From Gammaproteobacteria bacterium (GTDB lineage Bacteria > Pseudomonadota > Gammaproteobacteria > UWMA-0217), in the NCBI GenBank assembly GCA_027081275.1, contig JALWKV010000152.1, positions 6,820 through 70,819 of the forward strand: 64,000 bases of DNA. Direction: 5' to 3'. Positions 24,374-34,320 of the stretch are shown piece after piece. The stretch's first letter is position 1. Each line of letters begins with the position of its first letter. The translations under genes were made by a program, and so were the position numbers. The notes under the pieces were generated by a model. The model saw nothing but the letters and a program-made list of their open reading frames with translations. It had not been told where the DNA came from and made no database searches.

Positions 24374-24949
24374 ATGGCACGCACACCCTCGACCATGCTC
24401 GAACTGGGCACTCCGGCGCCCGCCTTCTCTCTCCCCGAACCGGCGACGGGCAAGACCGTCAGCCTCGACGATTTCGCCGGCGAGCCGCTGCTGGTGGCGT
24501 TCATCTGCAACCACTGTCCCTACGTGATTCGCATCCTCGACGGCTTTATCGATTTCGCCCGCGAATATCAGCAAAAGGGGCTGAAGATCGTCGCCATCAA
24601 CGCCAACGACGTGGCCAACTATCCCGACGACAGCCCCGAAAAAATGGCGGCGCTGGTCAGGGAAAAGAATATTCCCTTTCCCTATCTCTTCGACGAGAGC
24701 CAGGAGAGCGCCAAGGCCCACCAGGCCGCCTGCACGCCCGATTTCTTTCTTTTCGATCGCGACGGCAAGCTGGTCTATCGCGGCCAGTTCGACTCGGCCC
24801 GGCCACGCAACGACGAGCCGGTGACCGGCGCGGACCTGCGCCGCGCCGCCGACGCCGTGCTGGCCGGCGAAACGCCCGACCCCGACGCGCAGATTCCCAG
24901 CCTAGGCTGCAATATCAAGTGGAAACCGGGGAACGAGCCGGACTATTAA
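24374..24949 (+). CDS. Thioredoxin-fold thiol-disulfide oxidoreductase (AhpC/TSA-like)
   Basis: CNHCPY active site in a thioredoxin fold. Confidence 0.75.
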   Translation: MARTPSTMLELGTPAPAFSLPEPATGKTVSLDDFAGEPLLVAFICNHCPYVIRILDGFIDFAREYQQKGLKIVAINANDVANYPDDSPEKMAALVREKNIPFPYLFDESQESAKAHQAACTPDFFLFDRDGKLVYRGQFDSARPRNDEPVTGADLRRAADAVLAGETPDPDAQIPSLGCNIKWKPGNEPDY

Positions 24950-24977
24950 TCGTTTCATAAATGTCCGCATGCATGGA

Positions 24978-25466
24978 TTATGCAAGACTTTCCCGAATAT
25001 ATTTGGTGCTTTTCATCTCGAAGAAGCTCTTGATCAGGGATCTGCTTTTTTGGATTGAGCGTAATATTCGAGTCAACGCATCTTTCATGGCGTCCTTGCT
25101 CGCAACGGGAAGTTTCGATAGCCGCGCCCTGGCATGGTTCCAGACCTGCTCATCCAGATTGAATTCCGGCGAATAAGGCGGCAAGAAGGCCATGATGATT
25201 TCCCCTTTCTCAGAGTCCTTCTGCGCCTTGATGAAGTGCTGCGTTTCCTTACTATGGTGATATCGTGCGTTGTCGACAATCACGATAATCGGTTTTCCCG
25301 CATCGCCTCTGAGCTGCTTGAGAAACTCGATAAAGCGCTTGGAATTCATCTTGCCCTCGATGAAGCTGAAGCGCATATCGCCCCGCGGGGTGACGCCACT
25401 GATCACGCTGAGCCCAAAACGACCGCCACTGTCCTTTACGACCGGCGTCTCTCCCAGTGATTTCGA
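24978..25466 (-). mobile_element. IS630-family transposase gene remnant (only the C-terminal ~160 codons of the DDE domain; pseudogene)
   Basis: …KDSGGRFGLSVISGVTPRGDMRFSFIEGKMNS…IIVIVDNARYHHSKE…MAFLPPYSPEFNLDEQVWNHA… The frame is closed by a stop at 25467-25469 and the local GC content is low. Confidence 0.75.
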
Positions 25467-25533
25467 TTATTGACTGATTTTCCCGGCCTTGCAGAGATGG
25501 CTTGATCAGCGTAACGGCGCGTAATGGCGTTCT

Positions 25534-26328
25534 TCAGGGTTTCCCCATCAACCGCTGCATCTCCTGCATCGGGTTGAACTGTTTGTAGTCCTTGCCCGGC
25601 CGGAACTGACTGTCGGCGAGTGTCTTCGACTCGATCTTGCTGACGATGACGTGGTTGTTGTTGCGCAGATCCTTCACTTCCATCGGGAAGCCGTCGAGGT
25701 CGGGGGAGAGGCTTTCGGCGAATTTCTCGGCGGCGGGGCCGGTCATGCGCGAGGTCTTCTTCGCCAGCTCGCGCGACAGGCGGAACATCTTCTGCATTGT
25801 CCGATAGTCGCTGTCGGGGATGCCGGCGGCCCCGGGTTTGGCGACGCAGGCCTCGGCGGTTTTTTGGCCATCGGTGATGACGTCGGTAAGGGTGCAGGGA
25901 ATGCCGTTGACCTCGATGACGCTGCGGGTGGGGCGGATCTCCACCTTCGGCAGCTTTTCCGGCAGCGTCGGCGTGAGGCCCAGTTGCTGTTCCAGCATCT
26001 TGCGCTGCTCCGGCGGCAGCTTCTCCAGTTGCGCCATCATCGTCTGCTTCATCATGTCCATCATCGAGACGGTCTGGTCGATGGTGCGGCTGTCGAGCTG
26101 GAAGTAGCTCTTGTCCCGGTCGTTGATCATCGTCACCGTGCCGCTGGCCGTGTCCATAACGAGGCGGCCCTGCCGTTCGGGCGCGAGGATCATCACCTTG
26201 CTGCCGTGAATGGCCATGCGCTCGGGCGAGCCGGGGGCGTTGGTCTTGAAGTGGATGACGGTATCGGCCGCGACGCTGGTGGCGGCCAGCGCGGTGATGA
26301 TGGCGGTGGTCGTTGCAATGTGCTTCAT
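25534..26328 (-). CDS. Secreted hypothetical protein with a signal peptide (possibly DUF4412-like)
   Basis: MKHIATTTAIITALAATSVAA signal. Its stop overlaps the upstream gene start by 4 nt. Confidence 0.6.
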   Translation of the reverse strand: MKHIATTTAIITALAATSVAADTVIHFKTNAPGSPERMAIHGSKVMILAPERQGRLVMDTASGTVTMINDRDKSYFQLDSRTIDQTVSMMDMMKQTMMAQLEKLPPEQRKMLEQQLGLTPTLPEKLPKVEIRPTRSVIEVNGIPCTLTDVITDGQKTAEACVAKPGAAGIPDSDYRTMQKMFRLSRELAKKTSRMTGPAAEKFAESLSPDLDGFPMEVKDLRNNNHVIVSKIESKTLADSQFRPGKDYKQFNPMQEMQRLMGKP

Positions 26329-27887
26329 GCGTTCTCCCTGATGGTATCGGCAATGGCGTCGGCATCGACCGGCTTGCCGGTATCGACCTCGATCTCGCGT
26401 AGCCCGTCGGGTACCGGCTCGATGTGATCGAGCTGATGGCGCAGTACGTCGATTCCGGCGTCGGAGATGTTGTCGGCCTCATTGGCGCGGTCTCGCAGCC
26501 GTTGTTCGAGAATCTCGCGATCTGCTGTGGTGGTGACGACGGTCAGCGGAATGTTGCTGGCGGCGGCCAGCTCGGCAAAGGGCGCGATCTGCGACTGCTT
26601 GAGGAAGGTGGCATCGACGATGACGGGATAGCCGGCGGCCGTGAGCCGGTCGGTGAGATCGAGCAGGCGGGCATAGGTTTTTTCGGTCAGCTCGGGGGCG
26701 TAGAGGCCGGCGTTCAGCTCGCCGCTGTTCTCGGTCTGATCGGCGAACAGCCGCTTGCGCTCGCGGTCGGAGCGGACGCGAAAGGCGCCGAGGCTTTCCA
26801 GCAGTTGCTGCCCCAGCGTCGATTTGCCGCTGGCCGAGACGCCGCGCATCAGCACGATGGCGGGGCTCTGCCGGCGGGTGAAGCGTTCGGCCAGATCGCT
26901 GTAGCTCTGGTAGGCGGCGGTGACCTGCTTGCGTTCTTCGTCGGACAGCTTCTGCGCCAGCCGGAAGCCGGCGATCTTGGCCCGCACCAGCGCGCGATAG
27001 ACCTGGTAGAAGCGCAACAGCCGCAGCCCTTCGTAGTCGCCGGTGTTCTCGATGTAGCGGTTCATCAGTCGCTGCGCCATGCCGGGCTGGTCGCGGTCGC
27101 TCAGGTCCATCGTCAGAAAGGCCATTTCGCTGATGACGTCGATCCAGCGGAAGGCGTCGTTGAACTCGATGCCGTCGAAGATCACCACCTCGCCATCGAC
27201 CAGCGTGATATTGCCGAGATGCATGTCGCCGTGGCATTCACGGATGAAGCCGCCGGCCTTGCGTTCGGCCAGCAGCGCCTCGAGCTTGCGGTATTCCGCC
27301 TCGGACCAGGCCTCCAGCCGGTCGAGCTGATCGAGCTGGGCGTCATCGCTCAGCAGCGGTCGGATCTGCTCGAAGTTCTGCGCCACCGGCGCCCAGACCG
27401 ACTCGGGGCTGCCGAGCGGCGTTTCGTCGCCGGCGACGGCGGCGCGGGCGTGGAAGTCGGCAACGATGTCGGCGATCGAGTCGATGATGTCGTTGCCGAC
27501 CTTGCCGGCGGCCAGCAGCTTGTCGAGCAGCTGGCTCTGGTCGAAGCGGCGCATCTTCACCGCGTAGTCGATGACCTCGCTGTCGCCGCCGATGCGGGGC
27601 GCGTCGAGGCTGCCGGTGATCGCCACGGTGTCGAGGTAGATCTGTGGCGCCAGCCGGCGGTTGAGGCGGATCTCCTCTTCGCAGAAGTGCTTGCGGTCGG
27701 CGAGCGCGAGGAAGTTGAGGAAGCCGAAGTCGAGCGGCTTCTTGATCTTGTAGGCATAGTCACCGGCCAGCAGCACCGACGAGATATGCGTCTCGAGCAC
27801 CTCGATGTCGTCGGCCGGATGGAGAAAGGGTTTCTGCTCCTTCAGCGCCTTGACCAGCTGCGTGTGTTGTTCGAGATTGATTTCCAT
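26325..27887 (-). CDS. Bifunctional aminoglycoside-phosphotransferase-like kinase / AAA-family (P-loop) ATP-binding protein
   Basis: The N-terminal half has a kinase fold (HGDMHLGNI…D…). The C-terminal half is a P-loop domain (GVSASGKST). Confidence 0.75.
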   Translation of the reverse strand: MEINLEQHTQLVKALKEQKPFLHPADDIEVLETHISSVLLAGDYAYKIKKPLDFGFLNFLALADRKHFCEEEIRLNRRLAPQIYLDTVAITGSLDAPRIGGDSEVIDYAVKMRRFDQSQLLDKLLAAGKVGNDIIDSIADIVADFHARAAVAGDETPLGSPESVWAPVAQNFEQIRPLLSDDAQLDQLDRLEAWSEAEYRKLEALLAERKAGGFIRECHGDMHLGNITLVDGEVVIFDGIEFNDAFRWIDVISEMAFLTMDLSDRDQPGMAQRLMNRYIENTGDYEGLRLLRFYQVYRALVRAKIAGFRLAQKLSDEERKQVTAAYQSYSDLAERFTRRQSPAIVLMRGVSASGKSTLGQQLLESLGAFRVRSDRERKRLFADQTENSGELNAGLYAPELTEKTYARLLDLTDRLTAAGYPVIVDATFLKQSQIAPFAELAAASNIPLTVVTTTADREILEQRLRDRANEADNISDAGIDVLRHQLDHIEPVPDGLREIEVDTGKPVDADAIADTIRENA

Positions 27888-28074
27888 TATATTTCGCTTC
27901 CCCGTTGGTCGAGATCGCCGCGGCCGGCGGCGTGTCCTCTGTCAGATGATTGTGGATTGGCCCGTGCTTCGGTCAGTCCGATCCGGGCGGCCCATTGGCC
28001 GGCAATGATAGACTAGCGACACTGTCCCCTCAAAAAACACCGAGTCAGTTTCCCCCAACCCTGCTGAACCTCCC

Positions 28075-30465
28075 ATGACCCGATCCCGAAAGAAAAAGCC
28101 GACCCGCAAACGGGGCGCCGCGCGCCTCTGGCGCATTCTGCTGTGGCTGTTGCTGATCGGCGTGCTGCTGGGGCTGGTGGTGGGCCTGCCGTGGGTGTGG
28201 AAGCTGGACAGGACCGTCACCTCCCGTTTCGAGGGGAACCGCTGGGAGTTGCCGGCGCGGGTCTATGCGCGGCCACTGGAGCTTTACGCCGGGCTGAAGC
28301 TGTCGCCGGCGATGATGAAGCGGCAGCTCGAATGGCTCAATTACGTCAAGGTTCATGCCGTGCGCAGGCCGGGGGAGTACCACCTCCGCGGCGGGCGTTT
28401 CGATATCCATACCCGCAGCTTTCGCTTTCCGGACGAACGGCAGCCGGCGCGGCACATCGTCGTCACCATCGCCGATGGCAGAGTCGCTGCGGTGAAGGAT
28501 GCCGCCACCGGCAAGGCGCTGCCGCTGTTCCGGCTGGAGCCGGTGCGCATCGCCAATATCTACCCGCGCCACAACGAGGATCGCCTGCTGGTCAAGCTCG
28601 AGGAGGTGCCGCCGCTGCTGGTCGAAGCGCTGCTGAAGGTGGAGGACAAGGCCTTCTACCAGCACCACGGCGTGCGGCCGACGTCGATCATTCGCGCCAT
28701 GATCGCCAATCTGAAGGCGGGACGGACGGTACAGGGCGGCAGCACGCTGACGCAGCAGCTGGTGAAGAACTTCTTCCTCTCCAACGAGAAGACCATCATT
28801 CGCAAGCTCAACGAGGCGGTGATGGCGCTGCTGCTGGAGTGGCGCTACGACAAGAACGAAATTCTCGAAGCCTATCTGAACGAGATCTACCTAGGCCAGG
28901 ACGGCGCGCGCGCGGTGCACGGCTTCGGGCTCGCCAGCCAGTTCTACTTCCAGCGCTCGCTGTCGGAGCTGACGCCGGAGCAGCTATTGCTGCTGGTGGG
29001 GATGGCCAAGGGCGCCTCCTATTTCGATCCGCGCCGCCATCCGCAGCGGGCGCGGGCGCGGCGCGACGTGGTCATCCAGGTGCTGGTGCGCGAGGGGGTG
29101 ATCGGCGAGGACGCGGGAGAGATCCTGATGCAGCGGCCGCTCGGCGTGACGCGCAAGGCGCCGTCGAGCGTGACGCGCTACCCGGCCTTCCTCGATCTGG
29201 TGCGGCGGCAACTGCGGCGCGACTACCGCGACGAGGATCTGCGCAGCGAGGGGCTGATCATCTTCACCACGCTCGACCCCGAGATCCAGCACCAGACCGA
29301 GAACGCCATCATCCGCCAGCTGGCGAAGATCGAGAAGGATCGCGGCATCGAGTCCGGCAGCCTGCAGGCGGCGATGATGGTCGCGTCGGTGGATCAGGGC
29401 GAGGTGCTGGCCTCCGTCGGCGGTCGCGATCCGGGCTATGCCGGCTTCGATCGCACGCTGGACATGAAGCGGCCGATTGGCTCGATGGTCAAGCCGGCCT
29501 ACTATCTGGCGGCGCTGGCCCATCCGCGCATCTACAACCTGCTGACGCCGCTGGATGATTCGGAGCTGGAGCTGGAGCTGCCGAACGGCGATGTCTGGAC
29601 GCCGCGAAACTACGACGGCGAATCGCATGAGCATGTCAGCGTCATCCGCGCGCTGGTCCACTCCTACAATATCGCCAGCGTGCGGCTGGGGCTGGCGGTC
29701 GGCGTCGACAACGTGGTGAAGATGCTGCGCGCGCTAGGCGTTACCAGCCATATCAATGCTTATCCGGCGCTGCTGCTCGGCGCGCTGGAGATCCCGCCGT
29801 TCGAGGCGCTGCAGATGTACCAGACCATTGCCGCCAACGGCTACCGCACGCCGCTGCGGGCGATACTGGCGGTGGTCGATCAGCAGGGTGAGACGCTGCA
29901 GCGCTATCCGCTGGAGGTGGAGCAGGCGGTGCCGTCGGAGCCGGTGTTCCTGCTCACCACCGCCCTGCAGCAGGTGACGCGGCGCGGTACGGCGCGGGCG
30001 TTGCAATACCTGCTGCCGCAGGATCTCGCGGTGGCGGGCAAGACCGGCACCACCAATGACCTGCGCGACAGCTGGTTCGCCGGGTTTTCCGGCACCCACG
30101 TGGCCGTGACCTGGGTCGGACGGGACGACAACCAGTCCACTGGCCTGACCGGCTCCTCCGGCGCGCTGCGGGTCTGGGCCGATGCCATTCGCCGGCTCGA
30201 CACCGCGCCGCTCACGCCGGTAGAGCCCGATACCGTACAATGGGCGATGGCCGATATCGAATACGGCCTGCTGACCGATGGCGACTGCGGCGATCCGGTC
30301 TGGCTGCCGTTTCTGCCTGGCTCGGTCTTGCCCGGCAAGCTCGACTGTGATGCCCTGCGGCAGGGGCAGGAAGAGGCGGCCCAAGGCAGCACCCGCATAT
30401 TCACCACCGAACCGACCACGAAGATCCCGCGAGGGGGCATCAGAAGATGGGGAACGCATCAGTGA
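28075..30465 (+). CDS. mrcB: Penicillin-binding protein 1B (bifunctional glycosyltransferase/transpeptidase)
   Basis: Basic N-terminus then TM, a UB2H-like region, GT51 motifs (EDKAFYQHHG, GGSTLTQQL) and TP motifs (SMVK, SYN, KTGT). Confidence 0.9.
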   Translation: MTRSRKKKPTRKRGAARLWRILLWLLLIGVLLGLVVGLPWVWKLDRTVTSRFEGNRWELPARVYARPLELYAGLKLSPAMMKRQLEWLNYVKVHAVRRPGEYHLRGGRFDIHTRSFRFPDERQPARHIVVTIADGRVAAVKDAATGKALPLFRLEPVRIANIYPRHNEDRLLVKLEEVPPLLVEALLKVEDKAFYQHHGVRPTSIIRAMIANLKAGRTVQGGSTLTQQLVKNFFLSNEKTIIRKLNEAVMALLLEWRYDKNEILEAYLNEIYLGQDGARAVHGFGLASQFYFQRSLSELTPEQLLLLVGMAKGASYFDPRRHPQRARARRDVVIQVLVREGVIGEDAGEILMQRPLGVTRKAPSSVTRYPAFLDLVRRQLRRDYRDEDLRSEGLIIFTTLDPEIQHQTENAIIRQLAKIEKDRGIESGSLQAAMMVASVDQGEVLASVGGRDPGYAGFDRTLDMKRPIGSMVKPAYYLAALAHPRIYNLLTPLDDSELELELPNGDVWTPRNYDGESHEHVSVIRALVHSYNIASVRLGLAVGVDNVVKMLRALGVTSHINAYPALLLGALEIPPFEALQMYQTIAANGYRTPLRAILAVVDQQGETLQRYPLEVEQAVPSEPVFLLTTALQQVTRRGTARALQYLLPQDLAVAGKTGTTNDLRDSWFAGFSGTHVAVTWVGRDDNQSTGLTGSSGALRVWADAIRRLDTAPLTPVEPDTVQWAMADIEYGLLTDGDCGDPVWLPFLPGSVLPGKLDCDALRQGQEEAAQGSTRIFTTEPTTKIPRGGIRRWGTHQ

Positions 30466-31094
30466 CGAGAATTCCCGCGGCGGCGCTGCTGCTGGCCGCC
30501 GCGCTGCTGGGCGGCTGCGCCGGCGGCCCGACGCAGACCCGCATCCCCCGCCCGGGGCCGGTTGTGGCGCCGCAGCCGCAACCGACCAGCCCGCCCGCCG
30601 AGGCGGAGCCGGAGGTTCAGACCATGCCGCTCGAACGCGGCGAGGTGCCACGCCCGCAGGCCCTGCCGCAACCCGAGCCGATGTATCCGCCCGAGCCGTT
30701 GCCGGAACAGCCTCCGGAAGGAGCGCCCACGGCTGTCGAAACCGTGCCGCTGTCGGACAACCCGGTCGTCGTCAGCCTGCTGGAGCAGGCCGACGGTTTC
30801 GCCGCCAGCGGCCAGCTCGACCGCGCCGCCGCCAGCGTCGAGCGGGGGCTGCGCATCGCGCCGAAGGATGCGTCGCTGTGGCAGAAACTGGCGCGGATCC
30901 GGCTGGAGCAGGGACGCTACCACCAGGCCGAATCGCTGGCGAAGAAATCCATCGCGCTGGCCCGCGGCCGTCCCGGCATGATTGCCGACAACTGGAAGAT
31001 CATCGCCGAGGCGCGCCGCGCCGCCGGTGACGAAGCGGGCGCCCGCCGCGCGCTGGAGAAGATGCTGCAATACTCCGGCGGGATGACTCGCTAG
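30447..31094 (+). CDS. lpoP: LpoP-like lipoprotein (candidate PBP1B activator): lipobox, Pro-rich linker, TPR-like C-terminal domain
   Basis: LLGGCAGG lipobox, then a PQPQPT/PEP-rich disordered stretch and a helical TPR-like domain. It overlaps the 3' end of mrcB by 19 nt, as LpoP does with ponB in Pseudomonas. Confidence 0.55.
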   Translation: MGNASVTRIPAAALLLAAALLGGCAGGPTQTRIPRPGPVVAPQPQPTSPPAEAEPEVQTMPLERGEVPRPQALPQPEPMYPPEPLPEQPPEGAPTAVETVPLSDNPVVVSLLEQADGFAASGQLDRAAASVERGLRIAPKDASLWQKLARIRLEQGRYHQAESLAKKSIALARGRPGMIADNWKIIAEARRAAGDEAGARRALEKMLQYSGGMTR

Positions 31095-31139
31095 GAGGCT
31101 GTCCGACTTAACCGTTTGAAGCGAAAATTCGTGGGAGAT

Positions 31140-31163
31140 GTAGGGTGCATTCCATGCACCGAC
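31140..31163. repeat. REP-like palindromic unit (family C)
   Basis: gtagggtgcattccatgcaccgac is identical to the unit at 2229-2252. Confidence 0.4.
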
Positions 31164-31214
31164 TGCGTCAGCGGATATATCCAATAATCAATAACTTGCG
31201 ATAGCCTCCGAGAC

Positions 31215-31490
31215 TCAGCGCTCGAAAGAATCGTAGTGACCGCCAATGGCGAAAATGTAGATATGCGTGTCGTCGAACTTGTAAATGAGCCGGTCCTTTT
31301 GACTGAGTCGTCTCGACCAGAAACCGGTAAGGTTGTGTCGAAGCGCTTCGGGCTTTCCCAGGCCGGAAGTCGGGTCGCCGCGCAACATCTCTTTCAATAT
31401 CGCGCAAAGATTCTTGTGCAACCGCTTGTCCCGCTGCCGCAGGTTTTCATACACCTCCCATGTCCTTCCCTCAAACACCAGTGATCTCAT
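31215..31490 (-). CDS. yoeB: YoeB/Txe-family toxin
   Basis: …GLGKPEALRHNLTGFWSRRLSQKDRLIYKF… matches E. coli YoeB almost residue for residue. Confidence 0.85.
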   Translation of the reverse strand: MRSLVFEGRTWEVYENLRQRDKRLHKNLCAILKEMLRGDPTSGLGKPEALRHNLTGFWSRRLSQKDRLIYKFDDTHIYIFAIGGHYDSFER

Positions 31491-31743
31491 CCAACTGCTC
31501 TTTGCTGGGGGTGTATCCGCCGCCGGCGCTATGGGTGGCGCTGGATTCGGCGATCTGGCGCATCAGTGAGCTATTCTGGAGCACGTACAAGGTTTCCTGG
31601 TCGCGCTCCCAGTCCTCCGCGCTGACCACGACGAAATCCGCTCCCCGGCGGCGGGTGACGCGAAGCGGCAAGTGCTGGTTGACCACCTGGTCAACGAAGC
31701 TTTTCAGGCTCTCTCGGAATTTGTTAACGGTTGTGGTATCCAT
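31471..31743 (-). CDS. yefM: YefM/Phd-family antitoxin
   Basis: MDTTTVNKFRESLKSFVDQVVNQHLPLRVTRRRGADFVVVSAEDWE… It overlaps the yoeB start by 20 nt. Confidence 0.8.
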   Translation of the reverse strand: MDTTTVNKFRESLKSFVDQVVNQHLPLRVTRRRGADFVVVSAEDWERDQETLYVLQNSSLMRQIAESSATHSAGGGYTPSKEQLDEITGV

Positions 31744-31863
31744 CTCGGGATGCCTCATAATGTACGGTAACTCCGTACAGTATATAGGGGGCGTGCGGAC
31801 CATGCCATACCGCCGATTTCTCCATGCTCCGCGCTCGCACCGCATAGGGATAGGCTAGCCCTG

Positions 31864-33816
31864 GTGCCCGACGAGCTGACAGCGCCGCCACTGACCGTCG
31901 AGACCGTGCTGGGGGAGGCGGGGTTGCTCAGCCGCGCCATCCCCGGTTTTGCCGTGCGGCAGGGCCAGCTCGACATGGCATCAGCGGTACAGCGCGCCAT
32001 CGACCGGCGCGAGGTGCTGGTGGCCGAGGCGGGCACCGGCATCGGCAAGACCTTCGCCTATCTGGTGCCGGCGCTGCTGGGCAAGGGCAAGGTCATCGTT
32101 TCCACCGGCACCCGGCACCTTCAGGATCAGCTCTTTCGCAAGGATCTGCCTACGCTGCTCGACGCGCTCGGGTTGCGCGTCAACGCGGTGCTGCTCAAGG
32201 GGCGCGCCAACTATCTCTGCCTCTACCGGCTGGAGCAGGCGTTGCAGGGCTCGCGCCAGCGCGGTCATCAGGACTTCCGCCTGCTGCGCGAGCTGGACGA
32301 CTGGCGCCGCGTCACGGACTCCGGCGATCGCGTCGATTTCCCGCTGATGGCCGAGGATCATCCGCTCTGGCCGCGCGTGACCTCGACGGTGGAGAACTGT
32401 CTCGGCCAGGAGTGCCCCGACTACGGCAAATGCTTCGTCGTCCGCGCCCGCAAGGCGGCGCACGATGCCGACATGGTCGTCATCAACCACCATCTGTTCT
32501 GCGCCGATCTGGCGCTGAAGGACACCGGCTTCGGCGAACTGCTGCCGGTGGCCGACGCCATCGTCATCGATGAGGCCCATCAGCTGCCGGAGACGGCGAT
32601 CCGCTTCTTCGGCGAATCGCTGTCGAGCCGGCAGTTGCAGGATCTGGGGCGCGACGCGTTGGTCGAGGCGCATACCGAGGCGCCCGACATGCCCGATCTG
32701 ATCGACGCCGCCGACGCGCTGCCGGTGGCGGTCAACCGTTTCCGGCTGACGCTGGGGCTACAGGCCGGGCGGCGCGTGGCCTGGCAGCCGCTGCGGCGCA
32801 GTCGGCGTGTCGAGGCGGCCTGGAAGGAATTGCAGGCGGTGCTGGCCGAGTTGCTGGCCCAGCTCGACGAGGCGGCCATCCGCAGTCAGGGCTTGCAGAC
32901 CTGCTTTCGCCGCGCCCAGTTGATGCTGGCGCAGGCGAAGGAGCTGAACGAAGCGCAGGAGCAACGCATCCAGTGGCTGGAGACGAGCCGCCAGGGCTTT
33001 GTCCTCAACAACACGCCCTACGATGTGGCCGATACCTTTGCCCGTCACATGGAGATGCTCGACGCCGCCTGGGTGTTCACCTCGGCGACGCTGGCGGTGG
33101 GGGAGGATTTCAGCCACTTCACCCGGCGGCTGGGGCTGACCGAATTCCATAGCGGTCAGTGGGAAAGCCCCTTCGACTACGCCAACAACGTGCTGATGCT
33201 GCTGCCGCCGGGCATGCCCGCGCCGGCCTCGCGCGACTACCCGCGCCGCTTCTGCGAACTGGCGCAACGGCTCATCGACGCCACCGCCGGCGGCGTCTTT
33301 CTGCTGTTCACCAGCCACCGCATGCTGCAGGAGGCCCACGCCATCTTGCGTCACCGCGTCGGGCGTGAACTGCTGGCGCAGGGCGAGGCGCCGCGGCAGG
33401 ATCTGATCGACCGCTTTCGCGAACTCGGCAACGCCGTGCTGCTCGGCACCATGGGCTTCTGGGAGGGGGTCGATGTGCGCGGCGACGCGCTTTCCTGCGT
33501 CATCATCGACAAGCTGCCGTTCGCCTCGCCCGGCGATCCCGTCATGGAAGCGCGGCTCGAAGCGCTGCGCAAACGCGGCGGCAACCCCTTCATGGACTAC
33601 CAGCTGCCGCAAGCCGTCATCAGCCTCAAACAGGGCGCCGGACGGCTCATCCGCGGCGTCGAGGATCGCGGCCTGCTGGTGCTCTGCGACCCCCGCCTGA
33701 CGCAGAAACCCTACGGCAAACGCTTCCTCGCCAGCCTGCCGCAGATGCCGGTGGTGCGCGAGGTCGACGAAGCGGTGTGGTTTCTGGAGCACGTGGTGGG
33801 TGGGGCGGTCGACTGA
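31864..33816 (+). CDS. yoaA: ATP-dependent DNA helicase, DinG/YoaA family (probable GTG start)
   Basis: Walker A AGTGIGKT, a DEAH-like box VIIDEAHQL, and Fe-S Cys residues in the HD1 insert. It sits adjacent to tsaB, as yoaA does to yeaZ in E. coli. Confidence 0.8.
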   Translation: MPDELTAPPLTVETVLGEAGLLSRAIPGFAVRQGQLDMASAVQRAIDRREVLVAEAGTGIGKTFAYLVPALLGKGKVIVSTGTRHLQDQLFRKDLPTLLDALGLRVNAVLLKGRANYLCLYRLEQALQGSRQRGHQDFRLLRELDDWRRVTDSGDRVDFPLMAEDHPLWPRVTSTVENCLGQECPDYGKCFVVRARKAAHDADMVVINHHLFCADLALKDTGFGELLPVADAIVIDEAHQLPETAIRFFGESLSSRQLQDLGRDALVEAHTEAPDMPDLIDAADALPVAVNRFRLTLGLQAGRRVAWQPLRRSRRVEAAWKELQAVLAELLAQLDEAAIRSQGLQTCFRRAQLMLAQAKELNEAQEQRIQWLETSRQGFVLNNTPYDVADTFARHMEMLDAAWVFTSATLAVGEDFSHFTRRLGLTEFHSGQWESPFDYANNVLMLLPPGMPAPASRDYPRRFCELAQRLIDATAGGVFLLFTSHRMLQEAHAILRHRVGRELLAQGEAPRQDLIDRFRELGNAVLLGTMGFWEGVDVRGDALSCVIIDKLPFASPGDPVMEARLEALRKRGGNPFMDYQLPQAVISLKQGAGRLIRGVEDRGLLVLCDPRLTQKPYGKRFLASLPQMPVVREVDEAVWFLEHVVGGAVD

Positions 33817-33834
33817 GTGAGGGATGCAGTATGC

Positions 33835-34320
33835 TCAGACGCCCTTGCGGCGAATCTTCGTCAGCAGATCCAGCGAAATTCTGTAGCCGTTGGCTCTCAT
33901 CGTTTCGATGGCCGCCTCCGCGCTGGGCAGGCGGCCCTTTTTCTCGGCCAGAGCCAGCAGACGAGCGGTGCCGATAAAATCGATCCTGTACTTACGCGCC
34001 TGCTTTCTTGCCAGCCTGTCGTCCATGATGAGCAGCGGCGTCTCGTAGCGCAGCGCCAGGCCTGTTGCCTGCTTCTCGCCCTCACCGAGACTGCGGGGCA
34101 GGGGTGGGAAGTCTTCCGCGGCGATGCTCTCGACGACCAGCACCGACGACGCAATGGCCTGCGTGATTTTCCGCGCATCCGCATTGTCCTTTGCGGTGCA
34201 CTCATGCTGGACTGCTGGCGGCAGGTGAACTCTGCCGAACAGCTGCTGTAGCAGATTCAGCAGATCAGCCTTGGCAAGCGCGATCAGCGGCACGGCGTCG
34301 GCTATGACGACTGGAGCCAT
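33835..34320 (-). CDS. DUF3368 / PIN-like domain protein (putative toxin of a UPF0175-DUF3368 pair)
   Basis: COG2405-type sequence. It overlaps the upstream UPF0175 gene by 19 nt. Confidence 0.6.
   Translation of the reverse strand: MAPVVIADAVPLIALAKADLLNLLQQLFGRVHLPPAVQHECTAKDNADARKITQAIASSVLVVESIAAEDFPPLPRSLGEGEKQATGLALRYETPLLIMDDRLARKQARKYRIDFIGTARLLALAEKKGRLPSAEAAIETMRANGYRISLDLLTKIRRKGV

Noticed and set aside
25436-26482. 348-aa minus-strand ORF rich in Arg/His/Pro overlapping the secreted DUF protein gene
   Set aside because: It is in a different frame from the well-formed signal-peptide protein at 25534-26328. It has biased composition and no start context. It is spurious.
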